From a virus: DNA of 64,000 nucleotides. Position 1 is the stretch's first letter, and each line of letters begins with the position of its first letter. A model generated the notes under the pieces. That model did no database searches and had not been told where the DNA came from. It saw only the letters and a program-made list of their open reading frames with translations. This document shows, in pieces, positions 54,986-64,000 of the stretch. The stretch lies in IMG/VR virus record IMGVR_UViG_3300020048_000063, positions 1 to 64,000 of that record; one strand, given 5' to 3'. The translations under genes were made by a program, and so were the position numbers.

Positions 54986-55384
54986 ATGGACTTCTATGTA
55001 GTATTTGTTAAAAACAGGAAAAAACTTGATAAGTATATAAAAATCAACAAGATAAGAAATAAAACAATAATAGATATCAAACAACAATTAGAAGATCATG
55101 GATTGGAAGATGATACTGAATGGAGGGAATACTTCAACCTAATCATATACACCAAGATAATTCAAACAATTAGAAAAAATAAAGATGTTTATTATATTCC
55201 GAACTTAAATAAGATAAATTTATTGGAAATTGACGATATTTTTCAAATGAAAGAAAATTTATCAGGTGTAAATTTTAATTTACTATTCTTTTTTGAAGAT
55301 TTTAAAGATAATCAAAAACTTTATGAAAATCTTTTATCCAGCATTTCTTTATTTGATGCAATACAAATAATTAGAGATTATTAA
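54986..55384 (+). CDS. hypothetical protein
   Basis: 132 aa ORF. Confidence 0.65.
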   Translation: MDFYVVFVKNRKKLDKYIKINKIRNKTIIDIKQQLEDHGLEDDTEWREYFNLIIYTKIIQTIRKNKDVYYIPNLNKINLLEIDDIFQMKENLSGVNFNLLFFFEDFKDNQKLYENLLSSISLFDAIQIIRDY

Positions 55385-55431
55385 TTCAGAGAAATTATTT
55401 TTTTATATATAAAGAAAATTATATAAAACTA

Positions 55432-57198
55432 ATGGCACATTATTCTGAAATGGATTTTCTTTTTAGTCCTAGTAATAGGGACAGCGTTAATCAACAATTA
55501 GAAAATATTGATAACACAAGAAATATTTTTGCACCTTGGGATACGAATAAGTATGTCATATATAAAAGCAAAACCGGAGATGGAACACAAAATATTAAAA
55601 ATTTTTTAAGAGAAAAAGTTTATGATAATGAAAATAATGGAACTTTAAATAATCCTTACATTAATATTCTAAAATATTTTAATAAAACAAGTGGAACTCC
55701 TGGTGCAGCACTAAGAATAAAAGCTGCTGATTTAGCATATTTACGAGATTTAGGAGTTTATCCTATAAATAGAATGATTGTTCTTAGAAGATTTCCTGAA
55801 GGCGGATTTGTTAGAGAAGATTTAAATGAAATGAATGTGGAACCTATTTCAACAGTAATAGGTTGGATAAAGCCAGATCAAAATTTTGGTACAATTGGTT
55901 TTAATGAAAACTGGTCAATAACAAATGAAAGATTTGATGTTGCATTAACTGAAATATTAAAGAAAGTTACTGGAGGAAAAGCTGATGCACAAGTAATTCC
56001 AATTCCAGACTTTGCACAAGGTTTACTATTTGAATTTTATAATAGAGTTGGATTAACAGAAAGAAGTGGTGTAGATGAAGATAGTTTTGAATATTATGAT
56101 CCAACAATTGCAGATAACTTGAATCCAACCATAACAGGTGAAGATGGTAAACAAAGAAAAAAATATGGTGAATGGGGATTAAAAAATATACCAGTTGGAG
56201 ATCCAAACGTTCTACAAGAAGCACCATTTAGAAATCCTGAAGGACAAAATATTCAATCTACTTTTGCTTTCACTTTTGATACAACATATGAACAAAAGTT
56301 ATTAGGTGATGTAGATCCAGGTTCAGCAATGTTAGACATATTGGATAATTTATATGCTATGGGAACTTCTAATATGAGATTTTATTGGGGTGATGATTCT
56401 GAAATAATACAAAAAGCTAAAAAAGCAGCAATGGACAAAGCAAATAATCTAAACTCTTGGTGGGATTTTATAAAAGAATTAATGGTTAGTTTTTGGGAAG
56501 AAATAAAAAATCTATTTATAAATGCTGCGAATGTTATCACGGCAAATTTTAACGCGGCACTTTCAGCAACAACAGCAGCAGCATCAAACACAGGAAGCAC
56601 ATTTATAGCAAATTTAGCAGGTAGTGATGTAGGAAAATCAATGAAAGATTTTGCTGAAAAAACATTGGAAAGTATATTAACAAGTACTATTGCTATACAC
56701 AGATTTAGACTAAGGGGATCAATTGAATTAATGGTAGGTGGTAGAGACAGTTCATCTCCTTGGCATATTACAATAGGAAATCCTTATTCACCATGGTTAG
56801 CAACAAATCATATAATAGTTGAAAGTGTGTCTGTTGAAACAAGTACAGAAATGGGGTTTAATGATCAACCACAATGGTTAAAAGCAACCTTTAATTGTAA
56901 ATTTTCCAGAGCATTAGGTAAACAAGAATTAATGAGAATGTGTAATAATTCATACAGAAGAACTTATTCAGTACCACCAACCGGAACAGCAGCATCTCAA
57001 GCACATAAAGAGGATAAAGCGAATAATTCTTCATCTAATCAACCTGGAGTTTCAGACAAAAATCCACCAGTTGATCCAAATGCGAATAGACCAGGTGCCG
57101 AAAACTATTATGGAATGCCACCAACAAAAAATCAAATTCCAAACACAAAAATTGTTAGTATTGGACCAAATGCCCGTTCAGTAAATATTGGACCTTAA
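55432..57198 (+). CDS. putative baseplate/tail structural protein
   Basis: First gene of the baseplate operon; WHITIGNP...MGFND.P tube-like C-terminal fold; late motif upstream. Confidence 0.55.
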   Translation: MAHYSEMDFLFSPSNRDSVNQQLENIDNTRNIFAPWDTNKYVIYKSKTGDGTQNIKNFLREKVYDNENNGTLNNPYINILKYFNKTSGTPGAALRIKAADLAYLRDLGVYPINRMIVLRRFPEGGFVREDLNEMNVEPISTVIGWIKPDQNFGTIGFNENWSITNERFDVALTEILKKVTGGKADAQVIPIPDFAQGLLFEFYNRVGLTERSGVDEDSFEYYDPTIADNLNPTITGEDGKQRKKYGEWGLKNIPVGDPNVLQEAPFRNPEGQNIQSTFAFTFDTTYEQKLLGDVDPGSAMLDILDNLYAMGTSNMRFYWGDDSEIIQKAKKAAMDKANNLNSWWDFIKELMVSFWEEIKNLFINAANVITANFNAALSATTAAASNTGSTFIANLAGSDVGKSMKDFAEKTLESILTSTIAIHRFRLRGSIELMVGGRDSSSPWHITIGNPYSPWLATNHIIVESVSVETSTEMGFNDQPQWLKATFNCKFSRALGKQELMRMCNNSYRRTYSVPPTGTAASQAHKEDKANNSSSNQPGVSDKNPPVDPNANRPGAENYYGMPPTKNQIPNTKIVSIGPNARSVNIGP

Positions 57199-57212
57199 AA
57201 ATAAAATAAAAT

Positions 57213-57695
57213 ATGAAGATATTATCTTTTGATAGCAACAATAACAATAAAATAAAAAGAGATTCAAATCAGGACAATCTTTTTGATTTATTTCAAAAAA
57301 ATATAAAAAAAGTAGATTTAAATCTTAAATTGTATATTATTCCTAAAGAATTTGAGATGAGGTTAGATAAAATTTCAAATCATATTTATGGAACTCCAGA
57401 TTATGTTGAAGAACTTATGGTATTAAATGATATTATTAATCCTTATTCAGTTAAAGAAGGACAATTAATTTATTTCAGTTCCATTAATGCTTTACCAAAT
57501 CTTTACACAAAGGATGAAATGATGAGTGGAAACGAATCTATGAAACAAAAATTAGTTAATTCATCACAACCTAACAGGAATAAACAAAAATTGACAAATA
57601 ACCAAAATTTACCACCTACTATTAAACCTTCAAATTTAGAACAAATTAAGGTTAGTAAAGATAATAAAGTTAGTATAATAAATTCATTTCAATAA
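57213..57695 (+). CDS. baseplate wedge protein (gp53/LysM-like)
   Basis: RLDKISNHIYGTPDYVEELMVLNDIINP...GQLI. Confidence 0.7.
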   Translation: MKILSFDSNNNNKIKRDSNQDNLFDLFQKNIKKVDLNLKLYIIPKEFEMRLDKISNHIYGTPDYVEELMVLNDIINPYSVKEGQLIYFSSINALPNLYTKDEMMSGNESMKQKLVNSSQPNRNKQKLTNNQNLPPTIKPSNLEQIKVSKDNKVSIINSFQ

Positions 57696-57698
57696 AAT

Positions 57699-59324
57699 AT
57701 GATAGAAGTAAAAGAAAAATCCAGAATTAAAACAATTGAATTTTCATTTAATATCGCAGATGATGAAAAGAGAGATAAATTTGTACAATCTTTTGATTAT
57801 GTACCTTTTTTATATTTAAGTAAATTAAATGATACAAATGTACCACCAATTAATGGTACCACGATTGATGCAAAAGAAGTGAACTATGTAAAACTTCATA
57901 ATAGTAAATTTCTACCAGAAATTGAATTATCATGTTATGATTCAAAAGGTATTTTCTTTACCGATTTATATCCATTTGATCACGATACAATTTTAAGTAT
58001 TTTCGTAAAATCTAACTCAGAAATAACAATGCCAATAAGAATGGATTTTAGAGTTACCGAATTTGAAACAATAAAATCACAAGACAATAATAGTACATTA
58101 AGATATTTAATAAAAGGTGTACTTGACTTAGATGAATTACATTATACTAGATATGAAGCAAGAAAAGGAACAAGTTATAATGTATTAAAAGAAATAGCAA
58201 ATCAACTTAATTTAGGATTTGCATCTAATGTAGATAATAGTGATGATGAAATGAAATGGATAAATCCTAGTGATACGTATATAGCATATATATCAAGTAT
58301 AACTAAAAATTCATTCATTAATGAAAAGTCTTTTGTCTGGACATTTATAGATTTTTATTATAATTTAAATTATATAAATATAGATTTGGAATTAAATTCT
58401 TTCAATAAAACTGAAGAACAAACACTTACAAATCCTCAAACAATAAAACAAGATGAGGAAAAGACTGTTAATTTGTATTTAACAAATAAAACCTCTTTTA
58501 GTATGACAAATAAGTATATTAGTAAGTTTAATCTTGTTAATCAATCTTTTAAAGTTAATTTAGCAAAATCATATAAAATGAAAGGAACTTGGTACAATAA
58601 AACTGAAAATAAATCTTACAGACAAATGTTAGTTGATATTGAAACTGAAGGACAAAGTATTAAACCTTTATATGATTACAATTCACAAATTTTTAATGAA
58701 AATGTAAATGATGAATACTTCGCTGGTAAAATAGATACTGATAATACTCATAAAAATTATGCTTTAGCAAAAATAACGAATGAGTTTAATTTAGCAAACT
58801 TAGAAAAAATGAAAATGATTGTAACTTTAAATCAAATAAATTTTGATATAAAGAGATTTCAAAATATTAAAGTTGAAATCTATAATATAAACGATATGTT
58901 ATCTAGAAATGCCTTGGATAAAAGTCCAGTTGATAATATAAATGATAGATTGTCTGGATTCTGGTTTGTTACTGGTATAAATTATTTATATAAAAGAAGT
59001 GGAGGTGTTGAACAAGAAGTAATACTTATGAGAAGAGACCTTAGTGTAAATTATGGTGGAGGTGAAGATGAAAAAAGTGATTTTCGTAAATTTTCTACAC
59101 AAACTTCTCAAACTACTGATCAAAGCGTTGAAGAACCTACTACTAACAATCCTCAATATCAGGATCAAAATACAAATAAATCAGAAGAAATAAAAAAAAT
59201 AAACGAACAAATTTCAAAAGTAATTTCTACTTGGAACCGAAATGGTGAACAAAATAGAAAATTATATGATGCAGAATTAAAAAGGTTAAATGCAGAAAAA
59301 GCCAGATTAATGGAAAATCCTTAA
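57699..59324 (+). CDS. putative baseplate hub protein (gp27-like)
   Basis: GTSY.VLKEIA, LSGFWFVTGI; position before gp5-like gene. Confidence 0.55.
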   Translation: MIEVKEKSRIKTIEFSFNIADDEKRDKFVQSFDYVPFLYLSKLNDTNVPPINGTTIDAKEVNYVKLHNSKFLPEIELSCYDSKGIFFTDLYPFDHDTILSIFVKSNSEITMPIRMDFRVTEFETIKSQDNNSTLRYLIKGVLDLDELHYTRYEARKGTSYNVLKEIANQLNLGFASNVDNSDDEMKWINPSDTYIAYISSITKNSFINEKSFVWTFIDFYYNLNYINIDLELNSFNKTEEQTLTNPQTIKQDEEKTVNLYLTNKTSFSMTNKYISKFNLVNQSFKVNLAKSYKMKGTWYNKTENKSYRQMLVDIETEGQSIKPLYDYNSQIFNENVNDEYFAGKIDTDNTHKNYALAKITNEFNLANLEKMKMIVTLNQINFDIKRFQNIKVEIYNINDMLSRNALDKSPVDNINDRLSGFWFVTGINYLYKRSGGVEQEVILMRRDLSVNYGGGEDEKSDFRKFSTQTSQTTDQSVEEPTTNNPQYQDQNTNKSEEIKKINEQISKVISTWNRNGEQNRKLYDAELKRLNAEKARLMENP

Positions 59325-59339
59325 AAAATAAAAATAAAA

Positions 59340-60872
59340 ATGCCAGCAAGTTACAGAAATATTATAGACGGTCAACAATTAACAGATGCATTATCATCAG
59401 GAGATTATTCAAAAGTACTAAAAAAAGGAAAAACTTCTGCTAGATATATAAAAGGTTATGCTCAAGATTCAGCAATTGAAGCCTTAGCAGCATCATTAAA
59501 TATAAATAAAGGACTATTTAAACAATTTTTTGGTCTTGAAGATAAAAAGTTAGATGCCTATGATCCTTATCACACACAAGATGCTAAAGCAGAAGAATTC
59601 TGGTTTAGTGATGGTGGTGGAAAAATTGATGGTAGAACTGTACAAACAAAATATGATGAAGATACAAATACTTTCAAACGTTCATTATATTCAGACTATG
59701 GTTATAGAGATAGAGATTTTTGGTATGAAGATCCATTTTATCCTTCTTTTGAATTATTTTTTAATATGGATTCACCATTTTTTGCTGGCAATGAAAATTT
59801 TTCAGAAAAAATATCAACCAACTCATTAAAATATTTCATACAGAAATATACAGAGATTGATCCTGATGGATATCAAAGTAGATTTGAACTTTGGAATGAA
59901 TTTAAAAATGTATTTTTTAAAATATTTGAAAATGATCTAAAAGGCGGTGATAGTAATAGAAATTTGAAAAATAAAACATATTACATATCAAAAATTGCAG
60001 GTATTAATAATCTTAAAAAGAAAATGATAACCTATGGTGAAGATAAAATTACAATCACAATAAATGAAGACGTCTCAATGATAGCTTGGTATTTATCTGA
60101 ATTATATAATAATATAGCATATAGTTATAGAAATCAAAGATATGCTTTTCCTGACAATGTGTTAAGATTTGATATGATAATTAAAATAAATGATATAAGA
60201 AACTTTACTATACCACAAAGTTCAAATCAACCTGCACCAAATGTACCAGTTGATCCTAATTACACAACAAATAAAGATATAAAAAATGTAATATCACCTA
60301 AATCACAGATTGTATATACATTACATGATTGTAATTTTAATTTTTTTGAAAGTAGAAATCATGGTGATGAACTAGAAATTGGAGGATTTGGTAATCCCAC
60401 ATATGCACCTCAAAGTTTATCTTTTGATATTTTTTATAAATCTGTCACCAGATGGAGTGAATTTCCATTATTTGATAGTTTTCCAATAAATCCTTGGGAA
60501 AAATTCCTTTATAATACAGAAAGCACAAGCCAACAAACTTACTATAATGATTTAGATAGAGTTAAAACATCGCCACCTGTAAGTAAAGGTTATTTAAATC
60601 AACAAATAACAAAAAGTGCTCAAAATGTAGCAAATCTTGGTTTAAATTATTTAGATAATCTTGAAGCTAAATTAAGAGAAGTTAGAGGCGGAGTTGTTAA
60701 TGATTTATTAACACAATTTAGAAGTTTAACTAATATAAATAAAATTGAACCTGATAATGTATATAATGTGAATTTTAACAATAGAGCAAATTTAACAAAT
60801 TTCGGTAAAGAAATAGCGTCAAGTCTATTAAATGATTTGGAAAATAACATAAGAAACGCAACAAATTTTTAA
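59340..60872 (+). CDS. putative tail/baseplate structural protein
   Basis: 510 aa in baseplate operon. Confidence 0.5.
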   Translation: MPASYRNIIDGQQLTDALSSGDYSKVLKKGKTSARYIKGYAQDSAIEALAASLNINKGLFKQFFGLEDKKLDAYDPYHTQDAKAEEFWFSDGGGKIDGRTVQTKYDEDTNTFKRSLYSDYGYRDRDFWYEDPFYPSFELFFNMDSPFFAGNENFSEKISTNSLKYFIQKYTEIDPDGYQSRFELWNEFKNVFFKIFENDLKGGDSNRNLKNKTYYISKIAGINNLKKKMITYGEDKITITINEDVSMIAWYLSELYNNIAYSYRNQRYAFPDNVLRFDMIIKINDIRNFTIPQSSNQPAPNVPVDPNYTTNKDIKNVISPKSQIVYTLHDCNFNFFESRNHGDELEIGGFGNPTYAPQSLSFDIFYKSVTRWSEFPLFDSFPINPWEKFLYNTESTSQQTYYNDLDRVKTSPPVSKGYLNQQITKSAQNVANLGLNYLDNLEAKLREVRGGVVNDLLTQFRSLTNINKIEPDNVYNVNFNNRANLTNFGKEIASSLLNDLENNIRNATNF

Positions 60873-60886
60873 AAAAATAATTTAAT

Positions 60887-62950
60887 ATGTTAGAAACAGG
60901 TGTCCAAATGGACAAAGTCTTTGTAGGAGTAGTTGAGGATAATAAAGATCCTAACAGAAAAGGTAGAATTAAGGTAAGAGTACAAACACTTTTTCATGAA
61001 ATTCCAGTAGAAGATATACCTTATGCTTCACCTTTTAATAGTTTAGCAGGTAAGGAATTTCAAATTCCCGCTGTAGGTAAATTAGTTAATGTATTATTTC
61101 TTACTGATGATATATATGATCCTTATTATATATTTTCAGAAGATTATAATGTGAATTTACAAACTAAACTTAAAGATTTATCAGAAGAAGAATATACCAG
61201 ATTTGTGGCTGTTTTATTTGATGATAGAACACAAATTTCAGCAGATTCAAACGAATTAACGTTAGATCATTATTTCAATAAAATGACAATAACAAAATGG
61301 GGTATAAACTTAGAGTTAAAAGATAACAAACAATTATTAAATTTAGGTGGTAAAGGTGCAGATCAAGAAGCAGTTTTAGGTACAAGATTTTTTGAATGGA
61401 TGGATAAATTTGTAGATGAGTTGGCAAAACCATCAGCATTAATAGGTAATTCAGGAGCCGCAATTTTAAGACCAAAACTTAATCAATTATGTAGTGAATA
61501 TAAGAAACTAAGACCTGATTTTGTCTCAAAATACGTAAAAGTTGTAGATAATGACCAAATTGATAATTTAGAAAGAGATACAGTACCACAACAAAATGAT
61601 GTGGATTTGATTCTTCCCGCTGATTGTATATCACAAGAATTAACAGATAGTATAAATCAACAAACAAAAGATGCTTGTAATGGTATTTCCGAAAGTTTAC
61701 CGAAAGGTGGTATTGGATCAATTCCAGATTCTGCTGATATACCTGATCCAAGTAGTAATACTGCGGTATTTAAAGTTAAGAGATATAAATTTTTAGAAGA
61801 TAGAACTTTAGGTAGATTATATATTAATGATGAATATTTTTGTGATACATTAGAAGATAGATATAGAGATTTAGCAAAAGAGAAAAAAGTAATGGGACAA
61901 ACAGCTATTCCTTTTGGAATATACAAGTTAACTGTAGGTCCGACAGGTTTATCCAAACAAACAGCACCTACTGGTAGAGCACCACTAGTAAATAATGTAC
62001 CATATTTTGCCGGAATTAGAATTCATAAATGGGGCAAACCAAAAGATACACAAGGTTGTCTTCTTGTTGGAAATTTAAATACATCAACACAAACTTTAGT
62101 TAATTATGATAAAGTTGCTGCTACATTAACAGAACTTTGTGAAAAATATCAGAAGAAAAATATAAAAATGACAATTGTTTATACTAAAGATGAAAATATT
62201 GATACAACATTAGATAATAGTAGAAACACATTAAATGGTTCTGAATATGTACAAAAAAATGATGGTGATACATCAAATCAAAGCCAATCATCTTGTACAA
62301 AAACAAAACCTGATCCATCTTGGTCAAGTAACTTAGAAACGCAAGACTATGCTATAAATGGTGAACAACTTAATTTTGACGGTAATTTCCTTATAACTTT
62401 AGATCAACTAAAGTATATATTACCACAAGCAAGTAAATCTAACATAGAGAGATTTTTAACACCTATAAATCTCACATTGAAAAAATTTGATATAACAACA
62501 CCTTTACAAATTTGTGCGTTTATTTCACAAATTGCGGCAGAAAGTGGTGCGTTAAAATATACTAAAGAACTTGGTAGTAATTCATATTTTCAAAAATATG
62601 AGCCTGACACAAGAATAGGTAAAAATTTAGGAAATACAGAGAAAGGTGATGGACCAAAATATAAAGGAAGAGGCATATTACAAGTAACAGGAAGGGCAAA
62701 CTATAAACAAGTCTCAACATCATTTGGTGTAGATTTTGTAAATCAACCCGAACTACTTGAAGAAACAGTTTGGGCAAGTTTATCTGCTGGATTATGGTGG
62801 AAGAAAAGGGAGAAAAAATTAAACACACCTATACTAAAAAAGGATATATATACTATTAGTAAAATAGTAAATGGAAAACATCCAGCTAATGGAATTAATG
62901 AAAGAATAGCTTACTATAATAGAGCACTTAAAGCTTTTAATTTAAGTTAA
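60887..62950 (+). CDS. baseplate spike (gp5-like OB fold) fused to DUF5675-like and GH19 domains
   Basis: FVGVVEDNKDPNRKGRIKVRV; TLED..TAIP.G.Y..IRIH..DTQGCLLVG; ESG..Y..E, LGN...GDG.KYKGRG..QVTGRANY. Confidence 0.85.
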   Translation: MLETGVQMDKVFVGVVEDNKDPNRKGRIKVRVQTLFHEIPVEDIPYASPFNSLAGKEFQIPAVGKLVNVLFLTDDIYDPYYIFSEDYNVNLQTKLKDLSEEEYTRFVAVLFDDRTQISADSNELTLDHYFNKMTITKWGINLELKDNKQLLNLGGKGADQEAVLGTRFFEWMDKFVDELAKPSALIGNSGAAILRPKLNQLCSEYKKLRPDFVSKYVKVVDNDQIDNLERDTVPQQNDVDLILPADCISQELTDSINQQTKDACNGISESLPKGGIGSIPDSADIPDPSSNTAVFKVKRYKFLEDRTLGRLYINDEYFCDTLEDRYRDLAKEKKVMGQTAIPFGIYKLTVGPTGLSKQTAPTGRAPLVNNVPYFAGIRIHKWGKPKDTQGCLLVGNLNTSTQTLVNYDKVAATLTELCEKYQKKNIKMTIVYTKDENIDTTLDNSRNTLNGSEYVQKNDGDTSNQSQSSCTKTKPDPSWSSNLETQDYAINGEQLNFDGNFLITLDQLKYILPQASKSNIERFLTPINLTLKKFDITTPLQICAFISQIAAESGALKYTKELGSNSYFQKYEPDTRIGKNLGNTEKGDGPKYKGRGILQVTGRANYKQVSTSFGVDFVNQPELLEETVWASLSAGLWWKKREKKLNTPILKKDIYTISKIVNGKHPANGINERIAYYNRALKAFNLS

Positions 62951-63159
62951 GATTTAACTTTTTTTCTTTTCTTTACTTCTTTTTCAGTAGTTTCTACTTC
63001 CTTAACTTCTTTTACTTCTTTAATATTGTTAAATGATTTATACTCTTTTTTACTACAGAAAGACCATCCCATATTTATCATTTCATCAATTGCTTTGATA
63101 TCCTTCAAAGAACTATCTGGCATTTTCTTAAAAACTTCTTTTTTCTTAATTATTTTCAT
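62947..63159 (-). CDS. small basic hypothetical protein
   Basis: GWSFCSKKEYK; 70 aa. Confidence 0.55.
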   Translation of the reverse strand: MKIIKKKEVFKKMPDSSLKDIKAIDEMINMGWSFCSKKEYKSFNNIKEVKEVKEVETTEKEVKKRKKVKS

Positions 63160-63232
63160 ATCTTTTTAGTTAATTTGTATTTTATATAAACATAAAAATA
63201 TTTTGTTTATATAAAAAAGAAAAATAATTTAT

Positions 63233-64000
63233 ATGGATATATTTAAGAATAAAAATATTTTAATTATAGGTGACGTAATGCTAGATTCCTATTTATTCGG
63301 AAATGTTGAAAGAATCTCACCTGAAGCACCAGTACCTATCGTAGACGTTATAATCAAACAAGATAAATTAGGCGGGGCGGCAAATGTTGCAGCAAACATA
63401 AAAAATTTAGGTGGTACACCTATATTGTGCTCTGTAATTGGCAAAGATCAAAAAGGTGAAATATTTTTATCATTATTGAAAAAATTAAAAATATCAACTG
63501 AGTATATTTATCAATCAAAAAATAGAATAACAACAGATAAAACTAGAATCATAGGTAATAATCATCAGATGTTACGAATTGATGAAGAAATAAAGTCAGA
63601 ATTAGGTAAAGATCAAACTCAATTTTTATCTATAATAGATTATGCTTTTCAAAGTGAAGAAATAGATTGTATATTATTTCAAGATTATGATAAAGGTATA
63701 TTAAATGAAACTATTATCAATTATATAATTTCTAAAGCAGAATTATTAAAAATTCCAACGGTAGTAGATCCAAAAAACAAAAACTTCAATTTCTATAAAA
63801 ATGTAACACTTTTTAAGCCCAATTTTAAAGAACTAAAAGAAGGTATAAATTTGAATTTAAATAGAAAAGAATTATTAGAAAATGGTGCTAAAATTTTACA
63901 CTCAAAAGGAATAAAAATTGTATTCATAACTCTATCAGAAAGTGGTATTTTTATTTCATACAAAAAAGATGAAAAAACAATTAGTAAAATTATTCCTGGC
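63233..64000 (+). CDS. hldE: heptose-7-phosphate kinase (HldE/RfaE kinase domain), runs off window end
   Basis: Not in track. Manual translation: ILIIGDVMLDSYLFGNVERISPEAPVP, LGGAANVA.N, QDYDKG, VDPK, FKPNFKE. Confidence 0.9.
   Translation, partial: MDIFKNKNILIIGDVMLDSYLFGNVERISPEAPVPIVDVIIKQDKLGGAANVAANIKNLGGTPILCSVIGKDQKGEIFLSLLKKLKISTEYIYQSKNRITTDKTRIIGNNHQMLRIDEEIKSELGKDQTQFLSIIDYAFQSEEIDCILFQDYDKGILNETIINYIISKAELLKIPTVVDPKNKNFNFYKNVTLFKPNFKELKEGINLNLNRKELLENGAKILHSKGIKIVFITLSESGIFISYKKDEKTISKIIPG

Noticed and set aside
349-62828. Numerous antisense or alternate-frame ORFs in the track (e.g. 349, 1683, 3506, 7847, 11241, 17418, 19799, 35034, 42921, 43018, 51095, 61657)
   Set aside because: They overlap well-supported genes or tRNAs and show shadow-frame composition.
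1-64000. Stop-codon reassignment (code 15 or 4), as in some large Bacteroidota phages
   Set aside because: Long conserved genes are intact in code 11, TAG ends the tail tube and a KYNL gene at the expected place, and no suppressor tRNA is seen.

Overview
A 64 kb segment of a very AT-rich, T4-like (contractile-tailed) large/jumbo bacteriophage genome read in the standard genetic code. The host is most likely a Bacteroidota bacterium, because TAnnTTTG promoters recur. The window holds a tail/baseplate module (sheath, tube, gp26-, gp53-, hub- and gp5-like proteins) and replication/nucleotide genes (RecA/UvsX, DnaB/gp41, class II NrdJ, dUTPase, Prs, Dam-like MTase). It also has an ECF sigma factor, a MoxR/VWA pair, auxiliary enzymes (AdoMet decarboxylase, Psd, CHAD, rhomboid, Aah/TibC-like heptosyltransferase, HldE kinase) and many small ORFs sharing terminal peptide motifs. 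The most striking element is an apparent translation-sensing operon on the minus strand (about 20.8 kb to 17.4 kb). A host-type promoter drives an unannotated 35-codon leader peptide whose core uses only Thr/Val/Ala/Pro/Gly/Arg codons, followed by mutually exclusive antiterminator/terminator hairpins. Downstream lie a minimal GlyRS-like gene and 15 tRNAs for exactly those six amino acids (10 of 11 anticodons have an exact codon in the leader), plus one tRNA-like RNA. Many of these tRNAs are structurally atypical (long variable arms, D-armless Arg). A four-copy small structured RNA family, often carrying anticodon-like loops, sits in this operon and upstream of a Ro60/TROVE-like vWA gene. All calls come from motif recognition by eye; no searches were run.
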